A stretch of DNA of 63,340 nt, filler included, from Octopus bimaculoides (Eukaryota), in the NCBI RefSeq assembly GCF_001194135.2. It is 6 parts of 6 records of this genome, joined end to end, with 100 filler letters (N's around TTAATTAATTAA, not from the genome) between each part and the next. Parts side by side here need not be neighbours in the genome. Positions count along the whole stretch, not along the records: positions 1 to 10,245 come from NC_068981.1; positions 10,346 to 20,314 come from NC_068985.1; 4 more parts are not named here. One strand, given 5' to 3'. Below the pieces are notes generated by a model that saw only the letters and a program-made list of their open reading frames with translations, had not been told where the DNA came from and did not search any database. Each line of letters begins with the position of its first letter. Within the stretch, counting starts at the first letter, position 1. Made by a program: the position numbers and the translations under genes. This document shows positions 1 through 10,929 of this stretch, piece by piece.

Positions 1-173
1 AAAAGCACCCACTACACTCTCTGAGTGGTTGGCGTTAGGAAGGGCATCCAGCTGTAGAAACTCTGCCAAATCAGACTGGAGCCTGGTGTTGCCATCCGGT
101 TTCACCAGTCCTCAGTCAAATCGTCCAACCCATGCTAGCATGGAAAGCGGACGTTAAACGATGATGATGATGA
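1..173 (+). mobile_element. 3' end of a retroposon (RTE-tail-type SINE/LINE) with (GAT)n tail
   Basis: Ends CCCATGCTAGCATGGAAAGCGGACGTTAAACGATGATGATGATGA. A diverged inverted copy lies at ~3845-3990. Confidence 0.6.
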
Positions 174-468
174 AAAGCTGCAGTCTGTGCGGACTTTTAA
201 GCTAGCTCGTGCAGAGGGCTAATTGGGCAATAAAAAGAAACTGGGGCATGATATTGAGGTCTAAGCTAGTTTACTGACACTTTTGGTGAGGTAGATTATT
301 TGCAACAGTCTGTGTAACTAAGAATATGTAAACCATCGACTTTAAAGCAAAAAGAAAGGAACAGTCCACCATGAAATACATTAGCTATTCATCTTAACAT
401 TTACACATAAACTGATAGCTGCTATCAAGCTTGTCTATATGCATAAGAAAAAAAAAAAGTATACTTAC

Positions 469-624
469 AGAGGGATCCAATGAAATAATGCGGACTGTGT
501 TATCAGCCAAACCAACAGCAAGGAATCGGGATCTCTGCTCCCCAGATGGAACTCGGCCAAGACCCATACACACAACATCCGCTGACATTTCTTTCTTCTC
601 TGTATATTCATTCAACTGACCTGT
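469..624 (-). CDS. SF3B3: SF3B3 internal coding exon, [52 protein letters not shown]
   Basis: 156 nt, TAG acceptor and GTAAGT donor (ORF 394..615). The gene continues beyond position 1 of the window. Confidence 0.97.
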
Positions 625-784
625 CTAATAAAGCAAACAGAAAAAGGAACAAGTTAAATAAAGTTCAAGTCATTAAAAATATGGAAAAAACCATTAAACA
701 GTCAATGTCACTGAACAATGTATGGACCACAAAATGTAAGGTAAAAGATTCTAAGCAGGGACACAAACTTAATAATTTGATGAT

Positions 785-995
785 AATCTTTCTTTTGCTT
801 GTTTCAGTCATTAGACTGTAACCACGCAGGGGCACTGTCTTGAGGAATTTTAGTTGAACTAATCAACCCCAGTGCTTATTTTCTTTTAAAGCCTGGTACT
901 TATTCTATTAGTCTCTTTTACTGGACCGTCAAGTTACATAAACACACCAAACCAACAACAGTTGTCAAGCAGTGGTGGGGGTCAAACACAGACAG
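785..995 (-). mobile_element. tRNA-derived SINE family A, 3' half
   Basis: Reverse complement of the GAATAAGTAC...ATGACTGAAACAAGYAAAAGA tail seen in full copies at 15.2, 38.2, 45.7 and 58.8 kb. Confidence 0.65.
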
Positions 996-1029
996 ATATA
1001 TACATACACACATCTGCACATGTGTGTGG

Positions 1030-1077
<48 letters not shown>

Positions 1078-1259
1078 CTCTCTTTCTCTCTCTGTATGTA
1101 TGGCATGCATGTATGGCAAGAAGAAAATGGAGGGAATCCAGAGGTAGTATTCATCAGTTGTTAGACATTATATTATTTCTATTTATTTATTTTAAACAGT
1201 TCAAATATATGAATACATGCGTAAAGTATTAGTAATTTCTAGAATAGAGAAAGAAGAGC

Positions 1260-1390
1260 AATTTCTTACAGCTGTTTCAGCCAAGAGGTCACAGTACCCC
1301 ATATGTTATTTCCATCTTTTCAGTGTATTGTACATCTGTAGATAAAATTAGGGTACTTGGGTATGCCTCTAGGCTTCGTCAGAGAGTTTT
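1260..1390 (-). ncRNA. Type I hammerhead-ribozyme-like motif (Penelope minimal type, long helix II)
   Basis: CTGACGA (1382-1376); AGCC/GGCT closing a ~97-nt fold-back helix II; GAAA (1278-1275); palindromic ACAGCTGT helix III; GUA triplet; weak helix I (TCT/AGA). Confidence 0.55.
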
Positions 1391-2344
1391 TATAAGATAG
1401 TCTAAGAAGTTCATAGGGCTAATTTATGCATATATAAATATATATATATACATACACACATGCATGTATATACTTATAACAGTTAGTTATTAGTAGTTGT
1501 AGTACAATATTCTTATTAGAACATGCAAAAAAAGACAAAGAAAAAGAGAAATAACAGTATAACCGAAGAAAATAATAGAGTTTGGGAGGGTTACAGTTTT
1601 TTAGAACTGAAATTGCACATAAAAGGAGAAATACATATATATATACACACATACAAATATAGATACATACATACATATATCCATACACACACACACACAC
1701 ACACATATATATGTATATNNNNNNNNNNNNNNNNNNNNNNNNNNNNNNNNNNNNNNNNNNNNNNNNNNNNNNNNNNNNNNNNNNNNNNNNNNNNNNNNNN
1801 NNNNNNNNNNNNNNNNNNNNNNNNNNNNNNNNNNNNNNNNNNNNNNNNNNNNNNNNNNNNNNNNNNNNNNNNNNNNNNNNNNNNNNNNNNNNNNNNNNNN
1901 NNNNNNNNNNNNNNNNNNNNNNNNNNNNNNNNNNNNNNNNNNNNNNNNNNNNNNNNNNNNNNNNNNNNNNNNNNNNNNNNNNNNNNNNNNNNNNNNNNNN
2001 NNNNNNNNNNNNNNNNNNNNNNNNNNNNNNNNNNNNNNNNNNNNNNNNNNNNNNNNNNNNNNNNNNNNNNNNNNNNNNNNNNNNNNNNNNNNNNNNNNNN
2101 NNNNNNNNNNNNNNNNNNNNNNNNNNNNNNNNNNNNNNNNNNNNNNGGACACAGGTTTCGTGTGTCACATAGCTAGCTAGAGGCGATGGCTTCTTGGAGC
2201 TAATTCACGGCAGCTTTCGTCCTAATTTTGGGACTGCCATGTTGGCTTGGCGATAACTATTAATTACCAGTACCACTGCCATAGTCTCCTTTAGAGAGAC
2301 TTAGAAATATTAATAACTCTCTCTCTCTATATATATATATATAT

Positions 2345-2490
2345 ATGATGGGCTTTTTCAGTTTCCATCTACCATATCCATTTACAAAGCTGGTCAGCCT
2401 GAGGCTATAGCAGAAAGCATTTGCCCAAGGTGCCATGCTGTAGGACTGAACCCAGGACCATGTGGTTGGGAAGCAAACTTCTCACTACAC
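2345..2490 (-). mobile_element. SINE family A, 5' half
   Basis: Reverse complement of the tRNA-like head (ACATGGTCCTGGGTTCAGTCC...TTGGGCAAATGCTTTCTGCTATAGCCTCAGG). Confidence 0.7.
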
Positions 2491-2858
2491 AGACTAGCCA
2501 GTACCTATGATGAATGTATATAAAATAGCTGCCCTTCCCTGAATATGTGAGTAATACTCTAATGTGGGTATCTCTTAATAGCAACTGAATAGCTTCAAGT
2601 AATTTACAGCCTTGAAGAGAAAGTCTGGTCATTCAAGCTCCGATAATCTCAGTAATCTTATTGAGATTATCAGAGATAAAGCGGTTTAGAATTTGCAGTG
2701 AGTTTTATGATTTTGGTTGTAGGTTGCTGTTCATAAGAAGGGAGAATATAATACTGAAAGACTGTTTCTTTGATATATGTAGTGAATGTAATTAGATATT
2801 GTTGGTGGACAAAAGGTTGTCATATCCCAAAACAGGAGAATTTAAGGAGAAAACTTAC

Positions 2859-3014
2859 TGGGTCCATTTCAAAATATACCAATTCTCCTCCAGTCAATGC
2901 AATAACAACTTGGCGCTGGTTAACAGCACATTTTACAATAGTTTTCTTGCCTGGTGTCTTCCACTCATTGACACGCTTGTCTGCTCGAATATGACGAATT
3001 CCATCAGGATAAAT
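2859..3014 (-). CDS. SF3B3: SF3B3 internal coding exon, IYPDGIRHIRADKRVNEWKTPGKKTIVKCAVNQRQVVIALTGGELVYFEMDP
   Basis: 156 nt (52 codons), CAG acceptor and GTAAGT donor. Near-identical to the vertebrate SF3B3 segment as recalled. Confidence 0.97.
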
Positions 3015-3209
3015 CTGAAATGAGAATCAAAAAAATATCTAACAACCAGCTGATGTCAATAGACTGTGACAAAGGTTGCCTACAAACAGCACCAATGGTT
3101 GTTTCACATAGAAATTATTCATTTGCAATAAATAAACAATAATTATCAAAGAAAAAAAACAACACTGGTTTCCAAAGCCAAAAAGATAACAAAATATTCC
3201 ATGTTTTAC

Positions 3210-3361
3210 CTGTACAAGTGCATCATCTCCTAGCTGGGAACAAGACAAGGTAGGGGTTGTACCAAGAAAACCAGAATCTGTGACTTCTTCAACTGTTTCT
3301 CCAATTGACAATACCAGGGTAGCATTGACGAAAGATACTATGATATAAGCATCATATTCAT
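3210..3361 (-). CDS. SF3B3: SF3B3 internal coding exon, (D)[50 protein letters not shown]
   Basis: 152 nt, starts in phase 1 (AT completes GAT), CAG acceptor and GTAAAA donor. Lies within ORF 3039..3386. Confidence 0.97.
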
Positions 3362-5544
3362 CTGGAAAAACATAAAGCAGAAGCAAAACAATTTAATTGA
3401 AGAGTTAATTCTTGATTGAAATATAAACTTTCTAAGCTTTTGATAAAACCATTTCATTGCATGGGAAAGGTAAAGGAAGACAAATTCACAACAGTTTGGT
3501 TTACACACAGCATCTACATAAACAAAGGATTAAGAAAATATGGGGGATAGATATATCAATTAATGTTATACACTTATACTGATGAAGTCAAGCAATAAAA
3601 AATAAGGCTACATACTTTAAAAATGCATTTGTACCTTTCCCGTAGTAATAAACTAACATTCTAATTATTAAAATGTGCTAAAGTGACCATTACATTGCTC
3701 TCTATAGTATCTTTACTGTTTTGTAAATATTTTTTGATATACATATATATAATATTTTATTATTCATCATCACTGATTTAACACTTACTTTTCCATGCTT
3801 GCTTGGAGCAGATGAGTATATTTTATAGGTTTGTATTTATATATATTCATCGTCATCACCATAATTGAACATGTTTCCCATGCTAGCATGGATTGGACAG
3901 TTTGACAGAATCTAACAAACCAGAGAAATGCATTGGGCTCCGAAGTCTGTTTTGGCATGGTTTCTACAGCCAAATGCTCTTTCTAATGCCCACCACAATA
4001 TATACTGTTTCATTTATTTCAGAAAAATGTCATTAGTAAAAGATGAGAAATTATTCATTGTCCTAAAAATGGCACAATGTAACAGTAATCTTGTTCAACT
4101 GTCAAAGCAATTCAAGATCAACTGTCTGGGGTAGGCCAGGTGACTGGCAGTATGAACTGCAGAGTAATAACCCAGCTATCCTAGAATTCCTGAGTTGCGA
4201 CAGTCAACTGAAGGAACTGGAGTCAAGGAAGGGGTTTAATGACTGTAGTGGGGAAGTAGGAGAAAGGATAGAGAGAAGGGGAAACAGGATGTATTTTAAG
4301 AAACTCAACTAATATTGGCTGATAGCTTTTTATCTATTTTTTATATTATAGCATTTTTATAATAATGCTTATGGAACTTTTAAATCCCCGCATGTGTATG
4401 TGTGTGTGTTAATTATCAACTATAAGACACAGACAGAAATATAACTGTAGTGAGTAGCTGGAAAATATAGGAAACATTTTTTTTTATTTAAAGATCATTG
4501 AAATTTGAATGAAAAACATTTAAAAAAGAAAAGAAAAATCAATCTACAGAATGTTTCAGACACTGATTATATTATTAATTAACATAATGATTATAATACT
4601 AATTCTACCAAATTAGCATGCAAAGATTTATCACCAAAGGGAAAAAAACTTTAGGTAAAGATTAAACTTACACTCTTTGAGCTGAACTACTATAAACTGA
4701 TAAAGAAAAAGCTTTATTTGTATAGCTTTGCTTTAGCAATTATTATTTAACCAGTTTACAAAATAATGAAGTCTCTGAATCAAGAAAAAGATGGCCGTTT
4801 TAATAGAAACTCAAATATATAGGGATACCAACCTGCCAGCAGCATTACCTGAGACCAATTCCACCATCTGAAAAGAGAAAGTGTAGGCTTGCTGATGGAC
4901 ACGGCCATTTGCATCACAAGCCTTTTTTAGTTTTTAAATTTGTTTCTATTCTTTTCCTTAGTAAAGTATAATCAACCCTGTCCCAAATATACATACCAAT
5001 GTCAAACAAATAATCACCAAACATGTGAAGGATTTATGATCAAAAGAGAGCCAAATTGAAACTTTTAAGCAAAGCTAAACACAAAATGATAAAATATCAA
5101 ATGCTGTTAACATGCTAAGATCTTTGTAAAAGTTGAATACTGTCATTGCTGTTTAATGATGGGTCAGCCTTGATGTCAAAGACCTATGATGAAAGACATT
5201 CCAACTGAACATCCAGTTTTAATTTTTTTTTATTATAATATTCAACATGTCCTTCTTTCATTCAACATGATAAAGTATAATTTCAAGGAAATTTGACTAT
5301 TATTTCTTTACATGTTAGGGCAATACCATAAAGGCTCTGTAACTGGCTAATGGATACTGCTATCATAACTGATATTATCATCTTTATTGACTGTGTAATG
5401 ATGACAATGAATCCAGCACCTTTCATAAAAGCTTTCTCCTTTATCTTAGAGCCAACTGACTTGTGCTCAACCTCTGTTGGCAGAGAACACTTCTCCATGT
5501 CAATCTTTGGCAGAATCATTAGAGTCAGACAAGTTGCCTGACAA

Positions 5545-6350
5545 TATTTCTTCAAGCTATTTATGCTCTGAGTTCAAATCTCACAGAGATTAACTTTGCC
5601 TTTTATTCAGATCAATAAATAAAGAAGTAGTCAAGTATTGGGATCAATTTAATCGACTAATCCCTCACAACCCACAAAAATTGCTGGCCTAAGATAAAAA
5701 CAATTATCACCTTCATCTTCATAAGTTGTTTATCCTTCAAGCAAGATCGTATATTTGCTCAGACTGTTTGCTGTTGGTTTGACTGTACCAATTAGTTTGA
5801 TTAAGGCAAGTATGTAATGTATCTTTATAGAGCCTGACCAAGCTCAATATTCTAGAAAGAACTTAATTATTAACAACTTTTAAACTTCATTAAATATATT
5901 GTTAGCCAGCATATTTATCGTTATTACTTATGTATTAAAGGCAAGCTGACAGAATCATTACTGCGTCAGACAAAAAAAAAATGCTTAGCAGCATTTCTTT
6001 GAACTTTACATTCTGTGTTCAAATGCTGCTGAAGTCGATTTTGCTTTCCATTCTTTCAAGGTTGATAAAACAAGTACCAGTTGAACACCCTCTCCCAAAA
6101 TTGCTGGCCTTGTGTCAAAATCTGAAACCATAATTACTTATATATTAAAGGCAGTGAGCTGCAGAATCATTAGATTGTCAGAAAAAAAAATCCTCTGCAT
6201 ATTAGTTCCAGCTCTGAGTTCAAATCCTGTCATGGGCAACTTTGCTTTTCATCCTTTCAGCGTCAATAAAGTACCAGTGAAGTACAAGGTTTGATGTCCC
6301 CACTTCCACACCTCTCAAAATTGTCGGCCTTGTGTCTAAATCAGAAACCA
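5545..6350 (+). mobile_element. Cluster of three degenerate SINE family B copies
   Basis: Repeated TCTGAGTTCAAAT...TTTGCCTTT...AAGTACCAGT...AAAATTGCTGGCC modules at ~5565, ~6015 and ~6212. Confidence 0.6.
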
Positions 6351-6747
6351 TTATCATTTCGTATACAGCCATTAGATTAGCTATTTGTTAAATGACAAAA
6401 TATTTTTAACAGAGTAGTTAAAGTAACATCAATTGGATGTGCTTCTAAAACTATAAATTATCAATGTATTGTGATAGAAAAAAAAAAAATTTTTTCACTC
6501 TTACTGAGCTTGCTACTATAATTAATTTTAATAATACCAAGTATCCAAAATATTCCCATTGATGACATCAACACAATTATTCAACATTTCTAATATATTG
6601 ACATTGTACATTAAATACAAAAATCGATTGCTTAATTGCATGCAGAAATTCAAGAGAGAGATGAAAAGCAAATTTTTTTTTAAACCAAGACAAAATTCTC
6701 AGGACAAGATTTTACTGAATTAGCCAAATACAGATAAATAGTTTTAC

Positions 6748-6820
6748 CTTCAATATTCTTTTTAACTGTCCATACAGCATTTGGATTACCTGGAAGTTCT
6801 GAGACAGCCATTTCAGAAAC
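6748..6820 (-). CDS. SF3B3: SF3B3 internal coding exon, VSEMAVSELPGNPNAVWTVKKNIE(D)
   Basis: 73 nt, TAG acceptor and GTAAAA donor. Continues the previous exon in frame and ends in phase 1. Confidence 0.96.
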
Positions 6821-7399
6821 CTAATGATAAAATGATAGATTCATAATAAGAAAGATGAAAATTTCTTTCTTAAAGAAATCAATGGAAATACTGAAGAACA
6901 TGATAAATACAGTTCTAGAACACCAAGTCAATATTATCACTGAAAATACATGTAATTTTGTGATGATCAAATGCTTAATATGAAGCCAGCATTAGCATAG
7001 AATATCTACAATTTTACAAGATTAAGGAAGCTCTTAACTACCGCTTACATTCTAAGCAACTCTTGTAACCAACCATATCAGAATTAGATAATAATGGTAC
7101 AGTAATAATATATATAAAGCTCTATTGTAATATCTCAATAAATTATTTATTCTTTATAGTTTATTTTTCTGGGATGGTACGTTGAGTGATTCTCATTGAG
7201 TGCTCACAATCACAGTTTTAATAAATAATATGAAAACTATGCTAGTGATGAAGTCACAACCAACTAGAAATATGAGCTATTGAAAGAATCTTTAACGTGG
7301 TCTCTTGATATGCTAGAAACAACAGCCAAATCCCTTTTGTATCACATCCTACTGTTTTAAAAAAGAACCTTTTTTAAAATGTTTCCCTTGCTGGATCTG

Positions 7400-7850
7400 A
7401 AGGAAGAGGGAGTACCCAAGGCTTTTGCAAGCCCTGAGACCAGTGAGATTGGTGCCTTTAATGTTCTGCTTAAACTACAGCAAGTCAAAACTTGCAGGAA
7501 AGAAATTCCAGAGGATTGATGTTCTGGAGAGAAAGGACTAGGTGTAGTGGGTAGGGTAAGGAGATGCCAGTGGATGTAACATGAGTGATGAGAGGAGAGA
7601 CACATGGGACAGGAATGCCTGAGTAGATTTGGCATGAGCCAAATCAGCTACAAGGAACAGAGGCCATTGTAGTAGCAGTATAAGAGACTGGAGTGTGTCA
7701 GTGACTGATTTTCTGCCAATCTGTGGAGCAACTTTTCTTGAAATGTCATTGAACATTGTATGTAGCAGCAGCATTGGCCCAAATATAGGAGCAGAACCCC
7801 ATTGTGAGATTCATCTAAGCTTGGATAATGTAGTCCTAGATATACTATGA
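7400..7850 (-). mobile_element. CR1/Jockey-group LINE ORF2 C-terminal remnant
   Basis: Frameshifted translation contains LLYCYYNGLCSL and SFLSRTSILWN, resembling the C-terminal motifs YRYYHG.CS and SF.PRT..LWN of CR1-group RT proteins. Confidence 0.55.
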
Positions 7851-8149
7851 CAATAAAAGGCAGGATGGTCACAGCTGGAATACCTTTGATTCTAAGTCTG
7901 CTCAGCCTTAGATCAATGATTTGAGGCTAAACAACAACAAATTATTTATATTCAAGTCAACTGTGATAACAGTTAAATATTTCCTCGCCACCATTTCAAT
8001 CTCTTATGAGATAAAGACTGCATAAAATATCTAATATTAAGATTTTGAAGATTTTTCAGAATATGAAATAAAGGATTATCAACTACATTTATATAGATAT
8101 ATATAAAACAAATAATAAATGAATATATGCATATATACATACAGGTATG

Positions 8150-8500
8150 TGCATATCTACGTCTACCTGTATACATAGGTGCATATCTGGGTACAGGACA
8201 TTGCAAACAAAACGTAGACAAAAAAATAATAATAACCAGAGTACAGAAAACACACAGGCCACATAGAGAACATTTTCCTTCATCAGCTACCCCGATTCTA
8301 ACAAAGGCATTTCGAAGAATAGAGCAGAACGCATCGTTAAAATGGCTCTTCTCACGGACCACAAATTAAACTTGTACCATAGAGGAATGTAGTGGCGGAC
8401 AGAAAACAAGACAGGAAAACAAACGGAAAAGGCTATACAGCCAGATGTGAAAAATTGTGTATATTGAACGCTGTGAAGCAATGAACTGGAAGCGGGACGA
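8150..8500. repeat. Penelope-like terminal repeat family member
   Basis: Shares CCTTCATCAG...ATTTCGA and the GGGTACAGGAC-type end with the copies at 50.7 kb and 54.5 kb. The Penelope assignment is inference. Confidence 0.4.
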
Positions 8501-8531
8501 AATATATATATATATATATATNNNNNNNNNN

Positions 8532-8569
<38 letters not shown>

Positions 8570-8718
8570 CATATTAGACTAAATGTTTATGAAACATTTA
8601 CAAAAGGAGTGACACAGACTTTGAAGTTTGAGCCAGCTAGCCTTTGTTGCACAGTCTCTAGCGAAGGTTAGGAAGAGGAAACTTTGAAACCAGTTACCTT
8701 CCTTCTCGTGAGTTTAAT

Positions 8719-8751
<33 letters not shown>

Positions 8752-8761
8752 AATATATATA

Positions 8762-8802
<41 letters not shown>

Positions 8803-8806
<4 letters not shown>

Positions 8807-9021
8807 GGGATGCTGAAAAGTCCCTGGTTTTAAGGGTATTGCAAAAGGCCTTGTTGGAGGCCTAACTCTCTGAGTTCTTTTACAGGTCTTAGAAAAACTG
8901 AAGGATCACTGCAATAAGAGTATGGATCTGAGAAGGGAATATGTTGAATAAAATATCATAATTCACTAATCCTACTATAATTATTTTTGTCTACAACCAG
9001 GAACTTTTTGGCACTCCCTTG
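8803..9021 (+). mobile_element. Mariner-derived MITE
   Basis: TA|CGAGGGGATGCTGAAAAGTCCCTGG at the left end and imperfect inverted CCAGGAACTTTTTGGCACTCCCTTG at the right. Internal remnant LEKLKDHCNKSMDLRREYVE* resembles a mariner transposase C-terminus. Confidence 0.7.
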
Positions 9022-9423
9022 TGTGTGTGTATGTATGTATATATATATATAAAATTATGAGTACATATTTATATATACATGCACAAGCAGGTTTCCAAGG
9101 CTTCAATAGCAAACATTTGCCCAAGGCGCTGCACAAAATAATTGAACCTAGAGCCACTTGATTAACCACACAACTATGCTTGTATCTAGCAATGTTAATA
9201 ATCTTGTGGTTCTTCATTACACAACAAAAGAGATTTCAACAACAACCAGCTCCAGAGCCAAAAACTATAAAATTTAGAAGAGTAAAACAAAATTATAAGA
9301 TGGGATAAGCATAACAAGTTGTTTTCTAGTGATTCTGAAGTTCATTGCTTAAAAGAATGTGTGAACTTTCCTAACAACTTAAAATTGATACATAAACAAA
9401 CTCAAGTGAAATAAATGAAATAC

Positions 9424-9519
9424 CTCCAAACCATGTCTTAAAACTCGGAGAGAGGAGCGAGGACCTCGACCACACAATGTATACAACTGGGGAGTGTCTT
9501 CATTTGCAAGATCAGCAAT
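9424..9519 (-). CDS. SF3B3: SF3B3 (SAP130) internal coding exon, IADLANEDTPQLYTLCGRGPRSSLRVLRHGLE
   Basis: Manual translation gives 32 codons matching the SF3B3 segment I recall (human IADLANEDTPQLYVACGRGPRSSLRVLRHGLE). Polypyrimidine tract plus AG acceptor and GT donor; phase 0/0. Confidence 0.96.
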
Positions 9520-10245
9520 CTGGTATAAAAAAAACAAACATCAAATCAAAATATGCACAGAGAGAGAGAGATGAAAAACAAGAAAGAGAGAGAATAACCA
9601 CAGTATTTGACAGTATATAAGACAATTTTTTCCCAAAAGATATCTCAAAAAAATTACCCAAAATCCTATAAGCAAAGTTGAGCCTTATAATACATGCTTT
9701 AAAGTACTAAAAACTTTTTCATGAATATGCACTTCTTTTATGCCATCAAATACATTTACTGGATTGTAGTATTAACCTAGAAAATAATGTTGAATGCTGT
9801 GATACTACGTATGAAAAAATGTAAACAAGATTAGGGCAAACCAGATTGCATAGATTGCATAGCAGTGCAAACTTGGACATGTATATTAAATAGGGCACTG
9901 ATACAGCATATTTGGGATTAAATTTTGCAGAGTTACTACCATGTTTACATTTTCCGTAAGTAGTATCCCTGCATTTTCGCAAGTAACTGGGAAAAAGTAA
10001 ATGAGTGGAACACCTTAAACGGCATGTTTTCACTCAAAACAACAACTCAAATGGGATAAAAATGTACATGCACCACAACAACAATAACAGTAAGTGCGTG
10101 TGTTTGTAGACTTACAATATATCCTATTGTTAAGAAAATTTTACACAATCATTCAATAAAACTCAAATCGGATAAAGAGTAGATGCTTTATCCAACTAAA
10201 CAGTGCAGCAGGACCCGCTTGGTAGTCAAGTCCCTGACGCCCCAC

Positions 10246-10345
10246 NNNNNNNNNNNNNNNNNNNNNNNNNNNNNNNNNNNNNNNNNNNNTTAATTAATTA
10301 ANNNNNNNNNNNNNNNNNNNNNNNNNNNNNNNNNNNNNNNNNNNN
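10246..10345. other. Artificial scaffold spacer 44N-TTAATTAATTAA-44N
   Basis: Exactly 100 bp with a 12-mer carrying stops in all frames; repeated identically five times. Confidence 0.95.
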
Positions 10346-10545
10346 TCTATCCATAAAATTCTTCAACCTTACCTTTGCTCTCTTTATCTTTTTGTTTTTA
10401 TATATTTACATATACACACGCTAATACACGACTTATAATACCCAATCCTGTTCATACAACGACTGGGGCAAACTAATCGGTATACAGCACTTACTCGGTA
10501 TTACCTGTATCCTCCGGGGTTTGGTTAAATCCAATACCCTCCTCA

Positions 10546-10581
<36 letters not shown>

Positions 10582-10929
10582 TTTGTGTGTGTGTACAGAG
10601 AAACAGAGACAGAGACAGACACGCAGAGAGACATATGTGTGGTGACGTGTGCACGAGTGTGTATAAGTGTATGCGTGTGTGCTTGTGCGTGTGTGAGTGT
10701 GTCTTTCATATGTTGTCCAGTGTTACAAAACGTGAGTTGCTGAAACTTATCGTATACAGAATCATATCAAATAATGCGCTCTCCTTTGTAATAAGAATGC
10801 GTTAAGGTGAAACGCTGGAGATTTTTCTTTTATTGTAGCAGGTCAAACAGTCGTATGGAAGCTGATTATGCTTTACAAGCGTGGAGTAATACTGTTGATA
10901 AGTTGGTAGCAGAGAAGATAGAAAAATCA

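Noticed and set aside
2497-2590. C/D box snoRNA-like pattern (ATGATGA...CTGA...CTGA)
   Set aside because: It is on the plus strand, antisense to the host intron, has no terminal stem, and the GCTGCCCTTCC segment is not an exact match to the 18S site I recall.
4875-5030. H/ACA snoRNA (hairpin followed by ACA-NNN)
   Set aside because: The 3' hairpin has no pseudouridylation pocket at the 14-16-nt distance and no convincing 5' hairpin. The hairpin is kept only as context for the microexon.
5283-5555. 90-aa ORF with a hydrophobic, permease-like stretch
   Set aside because: Intronic, no splice context or recognisable family motif; consistent with a chance ORF in AT-rich DNA.
10116-10245. Strong GTAAGT donor and 8-bp hairpin upstream of SF3B3 exon 9519
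   Set aside because: The translation is not SF3B3 and contains stops, and the segment is truncated by the spacer, so it cannot be evaluated as an exon.
10290-10301. TTAATTAATTAA islands as a biological repeat or CRISPR-like array
   Set aside because: Always centred in exactly 100 bp of N; an assembly linker.
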